This document shows, piece by piece, positions 50,659-64,000 of a stretch of DNA of 64,000 bases. The position numbers and the translations under genes are program-made. Origin of the DNA: Octopus bimaculoides (lineage: Eukaryota); NCBI RefSeq assembly GCF_001194135.2, contig NC_068987.1:92067427-92131426 (forward strand), written 5' to 3'. The notes under the pieces were generated by a model. The model searched no databases and was not told the origin of the DNA. It saw nothing but the letters and a program-made list of their open reading frames with translations. Numbering within the stretch: position 1 is the stretch's first letter; every line of letters starts with the position of its first letter.

Positions 50659-51076
50659 AATCCGCACCAGTAACCAATACCAAACGGCATCATTACACCC
50701 TACAAAATAATTCCTCTTCAACATCTTCCATAAGATATAATTCTATCCTCCAGAGTTTCTTGCAGGCTCTACTGATTCAGCCTTATGTCCACAGGTATTC
50801 ACAACTGACTATTTTAGTGAGTAACCCCTCATATGATTGTTGGTAATTTTCCCAACAAAACACACCGAGAATACCTGTAAGGTGAGAACTATTAACTTTC
50901 CTAACCAATACATACTTCGACCTGCTTGGACTCCTTGAACTTTTCATCTGATAGTGTTGTGTTTCTGTTTCCAGATAGAAATTGTAAACATTCTCAAGCT
51001 AACATCTTGCGAGGTAACAATTACAATATTTAACAAGTTCAAGAATATTGACAAATAATAAATGCATAAATATTTT

Positions 51077-51277
51077 CTACTCTAAGCACAACGCCCTACA
51101 TTTTTGGGGAGGGGGGCCAGTCGATGTAATCGACCCTAGTACGCAACTGGTACTTAATTGTTCGACGCCGAAAGGATAAAAGGCAAAGTTGACCTCGGCA
51201 GAATTTGAACTCAGAAAGACAGACGAAATACCGCTAAGCATGCCCGGCGTGCTAACGTTTCTGCCAACTCGCCGCCT
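51077..51277 (-). mobile_element. Family B SINE
   Basis: GTAATCGACCC...CCGAAAGGATAAAAGGCAAAGTTGACCTCGGCAGAATTTGAACTCAG...CTGCCAACTCGCCGCC. Confidence 0.88.
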
Positions 51278-53803
51278 CAATAAATACATAAATATTGAAA
51301 TGGAGCTTCCTAACTAGACTAGAACTTCCTTTCATTAAAAAATTACTGAAAAAAAATCAAAGACACGAAATCCATTATTAATCGTACCTTCTTGAACGTG
51401 TTGGTAAGTTTGAAATGTAAAATTCAAGTGACACGTCGAAGTACACAGGGAGGTTGTTATTATTCATATTATTATTCAGGGCATATGGTGTGTCGTTTAG
51501 AAAGTAAAAATGCGAAAGTGAAGATTAAATAAATAACAGACATTACTTAATCCTCTGATACTTACTCACCGCAACTCGACAGATACATTATCAGGGTTTA
51601 TAGTTCTGTATCTTTTTCTTGAAAACATTCCAGTTGACAGATGGCGAAGTAACAATTATTAGAAAATGCGCTGTTACAAAAAGTATACAGACACAGAATA
51701 GCTCTGAAATAAGTTTTGCCGCCTTAAATTATATCTTTGTGGTGTAATATTTAACTGTAGTGTAAATTTTTAATCATTTCTGCTATTCACACACAATTTA
51801 ATTGAATATATTTGTGAACTGATAATATGACTTTCGAAGAATATAGCCGTTCTGTATTTGTTTTGTTCTACCTACCGAATCTAAAGTTCAACAGGGTGGA
51901 ATGTTTCCAATTTCTCAGTGGATAATGAAATATAGACATAAAGTGTTATCCCGGAGTAAGAATTACTCCCCTACAGGCATTGTCCACACCTGCGCACGCG
52001 CACTTGCATAAAGTGTCACATATGTCAAATACTTTCTTTGTAATGCTGCATTCGCACATATTTTATGAATACCGAAAATCTCTCTGTGTCTCTCTCTCTG
52101 TCTCTCTTTCCCTCCCTCTCTTATATATATATATATNNNNNNNNNNNNNNNNNNNNNNNNNNNNNNNNNNNNNNNNNNNNNNNNNNNNNNNNNNNNNNNN
52201 NNNNNNNNNNNNNNNNNNNNNNNNNNNNNNNNNNNNNNNNNNNNNNNNNNNNNNNNNNNNNNNNNNNNNNNNNNNNNNNNNNNNNNNNNNNNNNNNNNNN
52301 NNNNNNNNNNNNNNNNNNNNNNNNNNNNNNNNNNNNNNNNNNNNNNNNNNNNNNNNNNNNNNNNNNNNNNNNNNNNNNNNNNNNNNNNNNNNNNNNNNNN
52401 NNNNNNNNNNNNNNNNNNNNNNATATATATATATACACACATACAGATATACAACCATGTACAGCATATATATTCACGCGCAAGATTGAATTACAATAAC
52501 ACAAATTGAAGGGAATTGTTAAATTACGACATTCAATTACTCAAATTAAACATGTCATATTTCCCTCTCCACAATCGCAATGAACGGATGACAATGCGTC
52601 CATTGTTTTTCTGTTGAAATTATTCTTCATTCTCCCCATACCCTGAGACCTGGCAAGTTTTGTTTGCACTCAAAGACTGTTCAAGAGTCAGCAGTAACTG
52701 CTTGACCTTCCTCTTGTTGTTGCCTCACATAAGAAAGTCGCCTGCAGCCTCACAATCTGGCCTGATGACACTGGCAATTCATATTTCTCTTACTTAATAA
52801 TTCTGTGGCTAGGCATGGGTGGACGGCCTATTGGTTGGTCGGACATTATTTTCTATGATCTGTTTGTTGGCCTGTGCGTCAGTCGGTTGGATAGGTGGTC
52901 GGTAACCCATTCTGACAATATGTAGTTGTATCATTTGTCTTAAACTTTCTGGACACATCTTTGACTGATCGCCAAATAGACATCACCCGTAAAGCCCCCG
53001 GAGTCACTTTTTTTCCAAACTCTTGACCCATGCTGCACTTTTCAACCGCTCAGTCAATTGGGTGGTTGGCTGCATGTTTGGATATCTGTCAGCTGGTTGG
53101 TTAGCGGGTTGGTTGGACGGAAAACTTCGTATGCTATGTGGTATTTGGGAAATGGTCTTACTTGGAATGTAATGACAGGGAAATTTTCGAGATTTTAATC
53201 AAATAAATGTATATTTTTGGAATGCCCATCTTAGAATTTCTGGAATATCACTTTGACATAGCAAAGAATTCGGAACACTTCCATCATCTTTTACGATAGA
53301 CAACAAGAAATTTTATGTATATTTTTTTCCTAGCAACATTATCTCCTTCATTCACTAGCATTTACACACGCATTCACGCATATGTATATATATATATATA
53401 TNNNNNNNNNNNNNNNNNNNNNNNNNNNNNNNNNNNNNNNNNNNNNNNNNNNNNNNNNNNNNNNNNNNNNNNNNNNNNNNNNNNNNNNNNNNNNNNNNNN
53501 NNNNNNNNNNNNNNNNNNNNNNNNNNNNNNNNNNNNNNNNNNNNNNNNNNNNNNNNNNNNNNNNNNNNNNNNNNNNNNNNNNNNNNNNNNNNNNNNNNNN
53601 NNNNNNNNNNNNNNNNNNNNNNNNNNNNNNNNNNNNNNNNNNNNNNNNNNNNNNNNNNNNNNNNNNNNNNNNNNNNNNNNNNNNNNNNNNNNNNNNNNNN
53701 NNNNNNNNNNNNNNNNNNNNNNNNNNNNNNNNNNNNNNNNNNNNNNNNNNNNNNNNNNNNNNNNNNNNNNNNNNNNNNNNNNNNNNNNNNNNNNNNNNNN
53801 NNN

Positions 53804-53875
<72 letters not shown>

Positions 53876-54680
53876 TGTATACTCCCACGCATACACAGCC
53901 ACACATATCTAAAGAAGTTTTGGCAAATAATTCTTGATTCTATCTCAGTACTTAAAGAAAGATATTCTTAACTTAAAAATTATTAATGTTATAAAAAAGT
54001 TATAACACATAATAAAAAAAACAAACCTTCTCGCAGTTCGTATATTGTTAAACGCTCTCGCTGTATATAGCTTTTCAAACACACGTGTTATTGAATAGTA
54101 CTTATAGAGATGCTGTTCTTAGTAGTGGTGTTGACCAGTTCAGGTTTTCTTCCGGACTCAGAATTCTGCATATTTAAATAAATCGAGAATAGTTGTTGTA
54201 TGTTTTTTTTTCTTAGAAACATATACATACTAAAAGATGTGGTGGGACATTTTTTGGCGTATTATTCATTTCCTATGATACATGTTTCGTTTACTAATAG
54301 GAATTACAAAGTTTTAGTCGGATAAACATGTAAGAAATTAGAGATTCTTCTGATAGAGAAATAAATAATATTAATGTATTATTTGTTTCTCCGTCTGAAG
54401 AATTTCTCATAGGAAATTTCTTACATGTGTATCTAACATGTAATATTTTGTAATTCCTATTGGCAAATGAAAGATGAGTAATGGTGAATAAATAATACGC
54501 AACAAAACGTCCGTATCCCTGTTTTGTTATATTTTGTAATATTTCAAGAATTTTCAATATTAACATCTACTTTATATCAATGTAGTAATAACAGTATCTA
54601 CATGCTCGATTGTAACACTGGAATCAGCAGATATAGTTCAAGAGGAAGCAGCTAGGATTTACCCTACATACATAATTAAC

Positions 54681-54726
<46 letters not shown>

Positions 54727-55002
54727 TGGACACAGTCTTACACTCATATACATACATATACACATACACATATATACACACGCACACACATATACATATG
54801 AAATATATACATACATATACATATTCTCACAGACGTACACATTCACACAATTAAAAAGGAAAAAAAAAACAAAGAACAAATTTATATAAAAATAAAACAT
54901 TTAAAAGAAGTTAAGACATATGGGAAGCTTGTGCAGGAACATAGTAAAAATGTGGATTCTATCCCTGATCTTGGGGGTGGGGTGGCAAAACCATCACAGG
55001 TA

Positions 55003-55975
55003 TTTTGTCACATGTGGACATGATACAATAAGTTCAGTTCTTTGAATTTAGACATGTAGTGTGGTCCAAGGAAATTTTCCAGATGTGCCATCTTTCCATA
55101 TTACAAAGACCGCACTTGCCACTACCGTTAGTGTAAGGTTTACACTCGGCTAAGATCCTCCAGTAAATCCTATAGCTGACACCTTGTTCTTTTAAGAACC
55201 ATATATGATTGATTAATTTGGTAGTTTTTCATTTATTCCATTGTCTTAAACTTAAGGTGTGATTGTTGAACCTAGCTTTAAAATTTCCCTCTGTGAGACC
55301 CACATATCTCTTTGATGAAGCTGTGTTATAAGCGTTCGTAGAATTTACGGTGGCTTCATAAATAATGGCCTCGGTCACACCGGCTTCATTTAGCAGGACA
55401 AGTCATTATCCCTGCAGGAACAGTCGGCTTCATGTTGTTGTTTTACATTGTGTGTAATTATGTTTTTAAAATTTGGGGTTAGACTAAAATAAATTTCTAG
55501 GTTATGCCTATTAAAGTGTTTCCGATATTTACGATGTATTGGAAAATGTCTATCTATAAGAGACAAGAAATATCTACCTATATGAAAGGTCACTTCGATA
55601 GAATAAGGGGATGTGAACCAGATAATTTTCTTGTGTCTGTTTTCTTTTCTTTATTTCTGGCCTAATAGTAGTTGTGTAAGCTATTTCTTCTTTAAAGCCA
55701 CAAGCGTTAAGGGCATTGTTGTATGGTGGGGCAGCATTACTAAATATATATATATATATATTGGAGGAGAACTTCTCCTACCAATATTGTTAACTAAATT
55801 CTGAATGAAACACAATGAGTGTGAGAAGAGTAAAGAAACTACATCAATATAACTACGTCTATCGTTGGGCTTTCTATGGATTTTGTAAATATTCCTTTGC
55901 AAAACCTAATTATTAAAGTGGAAAAATTACCGTAAAAGCTAACCCTTCATTTTTTCAAATATATAGGATTTTCTA
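55003..55975 (-). pseudogene. Penelope-like element: RT C-terminal region, linker and GIY-YIG endonuclease, decayed
   Basis: Collinear frameshifted segments YKIHRKPND..YI / FSNAAPPYNNAL..G / KKIIWFTSPYS..TFHIGRYFLSLIDRHFP..KHFNRHN / CSCR / IIYEATV...YVGLTEGNFKARFNNH / NHIWFLK..W.IL...PY...C.LC..E / LN..TELIVSCPH. Confidence 0.88.
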
Positions 55976-55984
55976 TTTTTTATG

Positions 55985-56031
<47 letters not shown>

Positions 56032-57045
56032 CAATATATCAATTTATTTATATACACATATANNNNNNNNNNNNNNNNNNNNNNNNNNNNNNNNNNNNNN
56101 NNNNNNNNNNNNNNNNNNNNNNNNNNNNNNNNNNNNNNNNNNNNNNNNNNNNNNNNNNNNNNNNNNNNNNNNNNNNNNNNNNNNNNNNNNNNNNNNNNNN
56201 NNNNNNNNNNNNNNNNNNNNNNNNNNNNNNNNNNNNNNNNNNNNNNNNNNNNNNNNNNNNNNNNNNNNNNNNNNNNNNNNNNNNNNNNNNNNNNNNNNNN
56301 NNNNNNNNNNNNNNNNNNNNNNNNNNNNNNNNNNNNNNNNNNNNNNNNNNNNNNNNNNNNNNNNNNNNNNNNNNNNNNNNNNNNNNNNNNNNNNNNNNNN
56401 NNNNNNNNNNNNNNNNNNNNNNNNNNNNNNNNNNNNNNNNNNNNNNNNNNNNNNNNNNNNNNNNNNNNNNNNNNNNNNNNNNNNNNNNNNNNNNNNNNNN
56501 NNNNNNNNNNNNNNNNNNNNNNNNNNNTATATATATATATATATATATATCAACACTGTATGTTAATTTTCATATAGGTATCCATGTATATATATATATG
56601 TGTAGATACGTACACACATGTACACATGCACAGACATACACATTTACATATATGTAAGTGAATATGTAAGTGTTTCTGTGTGCATAAGTATACACACACA
56701 CACACACATATATATTGTCATCCACATGCGGACATATATAGCCATACACATAGACACTCTCATATATATCTGTAAATGTCATCCAGTTATTCCTCATTCT
56801 AATTTTGATTCGGTGGGAGATATGATGGGTCAGCAGTTGACCTCATTTAGTTCTATAAACAACAGTATCACTACCACCACAACTAGCAAATTAATTAAAC
56901 ACACGTAGATGTTTGCCTTGCTTAAACATCAATATTTACTTTATCGTGACATTTGCTTTTAATAATAAGCAAGTGGTCGCGCTTACACGACGTTCGATTC
57001 TACAGTGTAGAGAAGTCGAAGCTTTCATGGAGTGAGTGTATGTGC

Positions 57046-57089
<44 letters not shown>

Positions 57090-57583
57090 NNNNNNNNNNN
57101 NNNNNNNNNNNNNNNNNNNNNNNNNNNNNNNNNNNNNNNNNNNNNNNNNNNNNNNNNNNNNNNNNNNNNNNNNNNNNNNNNNNNNNNNNNNNNNNNNNNN
57201 NNNNNNNNNNNNNNNNNNNNNNNNNNNNNNNNNNNNNNNNNNNNNNNNNNNNNNNNNNNNNNNNNNNNNNNNNNNNNNNNNNNNNNNNNNNNNNNNNNNN
57301 NNNNNNNNNNNNNNNNNNNNNNNNNNNNNNNNNNNNNNNNNNNNNNNNNNNNNNNNNNNNNNNNNNNNNNNNNNNNNNNNNNNNNNNNNNNNNNNNNNNN
57401 NNNNNNNNNNNNNNNNNNNNNNNNNNNNNNNNNNNNNNNNNNNNNNNNNNNNNNNNNNNNNNNNNNNNNNNNNNTATATATATATATATATATAAATGTA
57501 TGTAGAGACACACATATACATACATATACATTCATCTATAGATGCAAATATGTACGCATGCACACACACTCATATGCAAGAGA

Positions 57584-57620
<37 letters not shown>

Positions 57621-59004
57621 CGAGAGAGAAAGAGAGAGAGAGAATGAAAGAAAAAGAGGTGGCAAAGAACAGAATAGGGTAGCTCTGGGGGAGTTCGAGT
57701 TGCTTTCCCAGAGATTGACAATAACGTGGAGGGATGTATGGTTGGGAGGGGAGAAAGTAAAAGACGTGATGATGAATGAAGAAAATTTAGATAAGAAAAC
57801 GAGGCGAAAGGAAGGAAACAAAGACGATACATGCGATTATGCTGATGTTAAACTTGATGCTGATGTTGACTTTTTTGTCCCTGCCATCGGTGAAGATGGT
57901 GATGTTGTGGATGATGATGATTATATTTGTGGTTGAATGACAATGATGGCAGTGTGGACACTGATAACAATGAGGGTGATTAAGTTGGTGGCATTTCTCA
58001 GAATGAAACTATGCAAAAGATGAATGCAAAATTGGATGAAAGGAATAAAACATGAGCGAAATCGTTTACAAAAATAAAATATTTAAAAGTAAATAACATC
58101 TAGGGTATTGGTGTATATATATGTATATATNNNNNNNNNNNNNNNNNNNNNNNNNNNNNNNNNNNNNNNNNNNNNNNNNNNNNNNNNNNNNNNNNNNNNN
58201 NNNNNNNNNNNNNNNNNNNNNNNNNNNNNNNNNNNNNNNNNNNNNNNNNNNNNNNNNNNNNNNNNNNNNNNNNNNNNNNNNNNNNNNNNNNNNNNNNNNN
58301 NNNNNNNNNNNNNNNNNNNNNNNNNNNNNNNNNNNNNNNNNNNNNNNNNNNNNNNNNNNNNNNNNNNNNNNNNNNNNNNNNNNNNNNNNNNNNNNNNNNN
58401 NNNNNNNNNNNNNNNNNNNNNNNNNNNNNNNNNNNNNNNNNNNNNNNNNNNNNNNNNNNNNNNNNNNNNNNNNNNNNNNNNNNNNNNNNNNNNNNNNNNN
58501 NNNNNNNNNNNNNNNNNNNNNNNNNNNNNNNNNNNNNNNNNNNNNNNNNNNNNNNNNNNNNNNNNNNNNNNNNNNNNNNNNNNNNNNNNNNNNNNNNNNN
58601 NNNNNNNNNNNNNNNNNNNNNNNNNNNNNNNNNNNNNNNNNNNNNNNNNNNNNNNNNNNNNNNNNNNNNNNNNNNNNNNNNNNNNNNNNNNNNNNNNNNN
58701 NNNNNNNNNNNNNNNNNNNNNNNNNNNNNNNNNNNNNNNNNNNNNNNNNNNNNNNNNNNNNNNNNNNNNNNNNNNNNNNNNNNNNNNNNNNNNNNNNNNN
58801 NNNNNNNNNNNNNNNNNNNNNNNNNNNNNNNNNNNNNNNNNNNNNNNNNNNNNNNNNNNNNNNNNNNNNNNNNNNNNNNNNNNNNNNNNNNNNNNNNNNN
58901 NNNNNNNNNNNNNNNNNNNNNNNNNNNNNNNNNNNNNNNNNNNNNNNNNNNNNNNNNNNNNNNNNNNNNNNNNNNNNNNNNNNNNNNNNNNNNNNNNNNN
59001 NNNN

Positions 59005-59056
<52 letters not shown>

Positions 59057-59361
59057 ATGGAGGTGGAAATATCACAAAAATAAATATAAGACATTTCAAT
59101 TTGGATATGATTTAATAAAATGATTTTAGGATTATATAAAGAAAATGTAAAGAAATTATATAAATATATGTATATACAAGATTATTCAAGAACAAGTGTG
59201 TTTGAGAAAATAATAGAGACTGCTTACACAGACTAGAAAGAAACTTCTGCTACAAAAGTTAAGGACGTTCTGATGATAAATTTATAATTAAAAAAAAAGT
59301 CTTTTTTATACTTAGTAAAACAGTATTGAGTAATTTTCACAGAAACCTTTAAATAAACATA

Positions 59362-59540
59362 TATAGGCGTAGATGTGAGGTAAGATGCTTGCTTCCCACT
59401 GCCCTTGTGGCAAATCTCATGAAATAAAGATGCTTGCTTCCCAATCACATGGCTCCGTGTTCAGTTCCACTGCGTGGCACCTTGGTCAAGTGTCTTCTAC
59501 TATAGCCTCGGGCCGACCAAAGCCTTGTGAGTGGATTTGA
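59362..59540 (+). mobile_element. Family A SINE 5' half with internal duplication
   Basis: AAGATGCTTGCTTCCCA twice, then CCACTGCGTGGCACCTTGGTCAAGTGTCTTCTACTATAGCCTCGGGCCGACCAAAGCCTTGTGAGTGGATTTG. Confidence 0.85.
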
Positions 59541-60626
59541 ATGTGTGAGTATGTATGTGTGTTTGTATATCTTTGTGTGCGTTAAAGTGCATTTTATCTA
59601 CTGTTATTTAGCCCTAGGAAGCAGCACCGCTTCCTGTCGTCCTTTTAAATGAAAATTACGAAATGTAAACGACATCAACAGATCATTGTTAACGGATTAC
59701 GAAAGTACTTTCAAACCTGGTTCCAAACTTATCTTTTACTTAAGGATTGGTTAAATGTCTTAAATCACATTTGAAAAGAATCCTACTTTATTATTTATTC
59801 TCTTCACTGACTTATACCGTGACAATAACATTAAACTACTTGTTTAATATATATATATATANNNNNNNNNNNNNNNNNNNNNNNNNNNNNNNNNNNNNNN
59901 NNNNNNNNNNNNNNNNNNNNNNNNNNNNNNNNNNNNNNNNNNNNNNNNNNNNNNNNNNNNNNNNNNNNNNNNNNNNNNNNNNNNNNNNNNNNNNNNNNNN
60001 NNNNNNNNNNNNNNNNNNNNNNNNNNNNNNNNNNNNNNNNNNNNNNNNNNNNATATATACATTCCTATCAGTGATACGTGTTTTGATAATGTTTTGATGG
60101 TAGGAACATTTGGGAGGTTACACTTGTATTGTTTGTGTGAGTTTCAGTCAATCTGGTACCAAATACGTCGTTTGTTCTCGCTCTTTAAACACTACTCCTT
60201 AAGGAATTATTAACCAGATTATAACATCTAATCATATTAGTTTCCTTTAGGGGACAAAAATGTTCTTTTTACTATTTTCCGTTAATGGAAGGAATAATTT
60301 CGTATACAACTAATTATCACGGAAAAAGACAGTGTTGTTTTACTGTTACTGGCCTGTGTTTAAAAAAGAATATTAAAGATAGTAACAAAGCGCTCGAAGG
60401 CTGCCTGCTTCTAATTTTTTTTTTATTGAATGCAAAATGTGAAATAGGATTGCAGAAGGATTACATTTGAACAGCAACATACCAAGTTGTGTATAAAATT
60501 AATGAGTAGCATGAGAATAATTACACGAGTCTATGATGGTTTCCTGCAACCAATAGTTTCCTGTTCTTGGTTTAAATAAAACTTTTCTTCCTTTGCACAT
60601 CTCTTATACAGACATATATTCGGATG

Positions 60627-60644
60627 TCTATCTATCTATCTATA

Positions 60645-60700
<56 letters not shown>
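60627..60700. repeat. (ATCT)n microsatellite
   Basis: Direct reading. Confidence 0.95.
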
Positions 60701-61334
60701 GTCTGTCTGTGTGTGTGTTTAATAAGAGACCGCAAGGGGAACTCTTCAGCAGGTTAAGACCAGTTCAGTCCCCCCTACCCCACTGATACAAAGCGTACAA
60801 GCGAAGGGGCGAAACCATTGCGACCCTGAGAAATTTGCTGACGGATATAGAAGGCTTTAAAGCATTACAATGGTTTTAGACGAGCTTGCAAAATCTCTGA
60901 GTACTTGCTGCAGTTTCCGCTTGGGGCAAAGCATTTCTGAAGTTCCTTTCACGTCTGAGGACGTGTGCTTATGTCGTAATCCTGGATTTTTTTCTACCTT
61001 TCCTTATTAATCTCGCAAGCTCAGCCAAAATATCGTAGCATTGTTCACAAATTCAGTATTAAGCAACTCACACATGAAGACTCACATACAGATACATACA
61101 CACGTATGTATGCATATATTTACAGATGTTAGATTGAGATAATCAATTGACTATCGGATAAAATGCATTGCGTCTTATCTCGTGGATTTTTATCTACTGA
61201 GTACAAATCTCACCGAGTCAATATTGCTTTCATCATCTGCGATCAATGAAATATAGAAACGATCTATTATGGGAGCAATGGCATTGATGGGACCATCCAT
61301 AAAGATTGCTGGCCTCGTGTCTAATTAAAAACCA

Positions 61335-61450
61335 TGATGTGACATTGGTCTCTGGGAGACGCAGGACATGGCAGCGATGATGAGGGACAAGAACCACCGG
61401 AGAGAACTCGTTCATGGATCTCGGGAATTTTACCCGTTTTAGATAGATGA
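61335..61450 (+). mobile_element. Possible RTE-clade LINE 3' terminus
   Basis: DMAAMMRDKNHRRELVHGSR resembles the MxDRxxWRxxV RTE C-terminus; followed by an AGATAGATGA tail. Confidence 0.4.
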
Positions 61451-61501
61451 GTGCGTGTGTGTTTGTGTGTGTATATACTTATAAATGTTTAAACATGGAA
61501 A

Positions 61502-61554
<53 letters not shown>

Positions 61555-62479
61555 NNNNNNNNNNNNNNNNNNNNNNNNNNNNNNNNNNNNNNNNNNNNNN
61601 NNNNNNNNNNNNNNNNNNNNNNNNNNNNNNNNNNNNNNNNNNNNNNNNNNNNNNNNNNNNNNNNNNNNNNNNNNNNNNNNNNNNNNNNNNNNNNNNNNNN
61701 NNNNNNNNNNNNNNNNNNNNNNNNNNNNNNNNNNNNNNNNNNNNNNNNNNNNNNNNNNNNNNNNNNNNNNNNNNNNNNNNNNNNNNNNNNNNNNNNNNNN
61801 NNNNNNNNNNNNNNNNNNNNNNNNNNNNNNNNNNNNNNNNNNNNNNNNNNNNNNNNNNNNNNNNNNNNNNNNNNNNNNNNNNNNNNNNNNNNNNNNNNNN
61901 NNNNNNNNNNNNNNNNNNNNNNNNNNNNNNNNNNNNNNNNNNNNNNNNNNNNNNNNNNNNNNNNNNNNNNNNNNNNNNNNNNNNNNNATACATATATATA
62001 TATATATATTATTGTATCAAGGGTGATTACTTAAGTAACGGCTCACGCTGTAATGGGACTCTAAATTCAAAATAATTCAATAAATGGAACTCTACACACT
62101 GAAATCGGGAGAATGAAACATAGAAGAGGTACCTTTACAAAAGGTTTAGTCGTATATCATTAATGTATTTTATATTTGTGGAAAAAAATTATATACTTTG
62201 CATTAATTTTTTCCTCAATTTTTTCCTCAATTGGTTTTTCCTCAATTTTTTCCACAATTGGCTACTTGATAAATCTTATATAGATCTTATATATAAGGAT
62301 CGAGGATTAAGAGGAAAGCTAGTGGTAAATATTAAAAAACAAATTTCAGGGATAATAGTGGTTTATTGAGACGGAAGGATTTTTCTTATCGGAGTACGAT
62401 AAATTGAAAAAAGTTCTATTTATATTTCAAAGTAGGCAACCAGGGTTGCCGGGTATGCGGATAAGAATACAAGAGCTAT

Positions 62480-62819
62480 GGAATGGAGTAGTTAAGATCC
62501 GGGCTACATGTGTTTCATATTGAGCGGAATGTCGGAAGTGGTAAATATCGAAGCGAGGTGTATACCGCAGGCTGCTGTTCAGACCAAGGATATCATGATT
62601 AAATGAAAGTTTACATTGTCGCAAGGAAGATTCAATCAGGTTCATTCTGATTGAATCTTCCTTACCTTTCATGTAAACTTTAATGTAAATTTCCATTTAA
62701 TCCTGATTTCCCTGGCCTGAAAAGCAGCCCGCGGTATACACCTTACTTGGACATTTACCACTTTTGAGGTTCCGCTCAATATGAAACATATGTAGCCCGG
62801 ATCTTAATTACTCCATTCC
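62480..62819. mobile_element. 340-bp fold-back (MITE-like) element
   Basis: Terminal 50 bp match 48/50 in inverted orientation (GGAATGGAGTA.TTAAGATCCGGGCTACAT.TGTTTCATATTGAGCGGAA); pairing continues to AAGGAAGATTCAATCAG-gttcatt-CTGATTGAATCTTCCTT. Confidence 0.8.
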
Positions 62820-63319
62820 TTAACTCATGNNNNNNNNNNNNNNNNNNNNNNNNNNNNNNNNNNNNNNNNNNNNNNNNNNNNNNNNNNNNNNNNNNNNNNN
62901 NNNNNNNNNNNNNNNNNNNNNNNNNNNNNNNNNNNNNNNNNNNNNNNNNNNNNNNNNNNNNNNNNNNNNNNNNNNNNNNNNNNNNNNNNNNNNNNNNNNN
63001 NNNNNNNNNNNNNNNNNNNNNNNNNNNNNNNNNNNNNNNNNNNNNNNNNNNNNNNNNNNNNNNNNNNNNNNNNNNNNNNNNNNNNNNNNNNNNNNNNNNN
63101 NNNNNNNATATATATATATTTATACACACATATGATGGGCTCTTCTGCCGAAGACGACGTATGAATGTTCAGCTTTTGCCGAACAACCGGCGCAAGTGAT
63201 ATGCTTATAGTGATCGATTGTATGTGCTGAACATGAGCTAACTCTCTCCATCAAAATGGACGTTGTCTGAACAATGTGCCGCGCGTCAGATGTCGAAATG
63301 TTTGTTCACAGAGCAACTT

Positions 63320-63429
63320 CAGATGAAGCGTTTTGCTTAAGAACACAACGTACCATTCGGTCCAAGAATTTGAAACCACGATTTAGCAATCGTGAGAGCA
63401 ATATCCTAAGCATTAGACTATGCGCCCTC
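63320..63429 (-). mobile_element. Family D SINE 5' part
   Basis: GAAGCGTTTTGCTTAAGAACACAAC...TTTGAAACCACGA...ATCGTGAG...ACTATGCGCCCTC. Confidence 0.65.
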
Positions 63430-63779
63430 ACACACACACACACACACGTATATATGCACACACAAATATATATATATGTCCCGTAGAAAGCGAGCGAGTG
63501 ATAGAGAGAGAGAGAGAAAGAGAAAGTGTGAGTGAGAAATGTCTGTATATAAATGAAGATAGTGCATCAAATATTAATAATGTCCTCCAACAGGTTCTGC
63601 TTCTGTATAAGAAGCAATAAAGAGGAGAAACCCTCATAACGTTTGAGTGGAAGATATTTTGGTAGCTGTTTCTCTATTCAGGCGCATAATCAAAGTAGTC
63701 TTTTAATTAGTAGCTATATATCCGGTTGTTTGCCTGTCTTTCTGTCGGCCTAATTATCGTTCCATTTCTCTATCATGGC

Positions 63780-63943
63780 ATATACACGTATACATACATA
63801 CATACATACATACATACATACATACAATCAAACATATATATATATATATATATGAATATATATGTATGTATATAAATATATATATATACATATATATGTG
63901 TGTGTGTATATAAGTATATACGTATATATACATATGTATATAG

Positions 63944-64000
<57 letters not shown>
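63780..64000. repeat. (ATAC)n/(AT)n microsatellite tract
   Basis: Direct reading. Confidence 0.95.

Noticed and set aside
57650-58060. Asp-rich C-terminal part of the 146-aa ORF
   Set aside because: Explained by (GA)n and (GAT)-rich low complexity.
62203-62258. TTTTTTCCTCAAT-like unit repeated about 4 times
   Set aside because: Ordinary short tandem slippage.
1-64000. Long ORFs in the supplied track
   Set aside because: Nearly all consist of X from N-gaps or translations of (AT)n, (CA)n, (TAT)n and (TTC)n repeats; they are not evidence of genes.

Overview
AT-rich, microsatellite-dense eukaryotic (animal) non-coding DNA from a fragmented short-read scaffold with about 30 N-gaps, nearly all bordered by simple repeats. 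The SINE and LINE families look like those of an octopus genome (inference from recalled family sequences, not a database match). I could not support any intact host gene; almost all supplied ORFs are N-runs or microsatellite read-through. The window is a graveyard of mobile elements: five recurrent tRNA-related SINE-like families (my labels A-E), 3' fragments of restriction-like-endonuclease (RLE) LINEs, CR1/L2-type and RTE-type fragments, Penelope-like element (PLE) coding fragments, a decayed mariner transposase, a probable Helitron helicase remnant and two fold-back palindromes. The main observation is family E: a tRNA-like Pol III head joined through (AAT)n to a PLE-type tail carrying a minimal type I hammerhead ribozyme (5 tail copies, one pair as a TSD-flanked fold-back dimer). 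A second PLE-type terminus (family F) carries a variant hammerhead core (CUGUUGA). There is also a 123-bp templated inverted insertion between two inverted SINEs. Ribozyme folds and protein alignments were done by eye and need computational and experimental confirmation.
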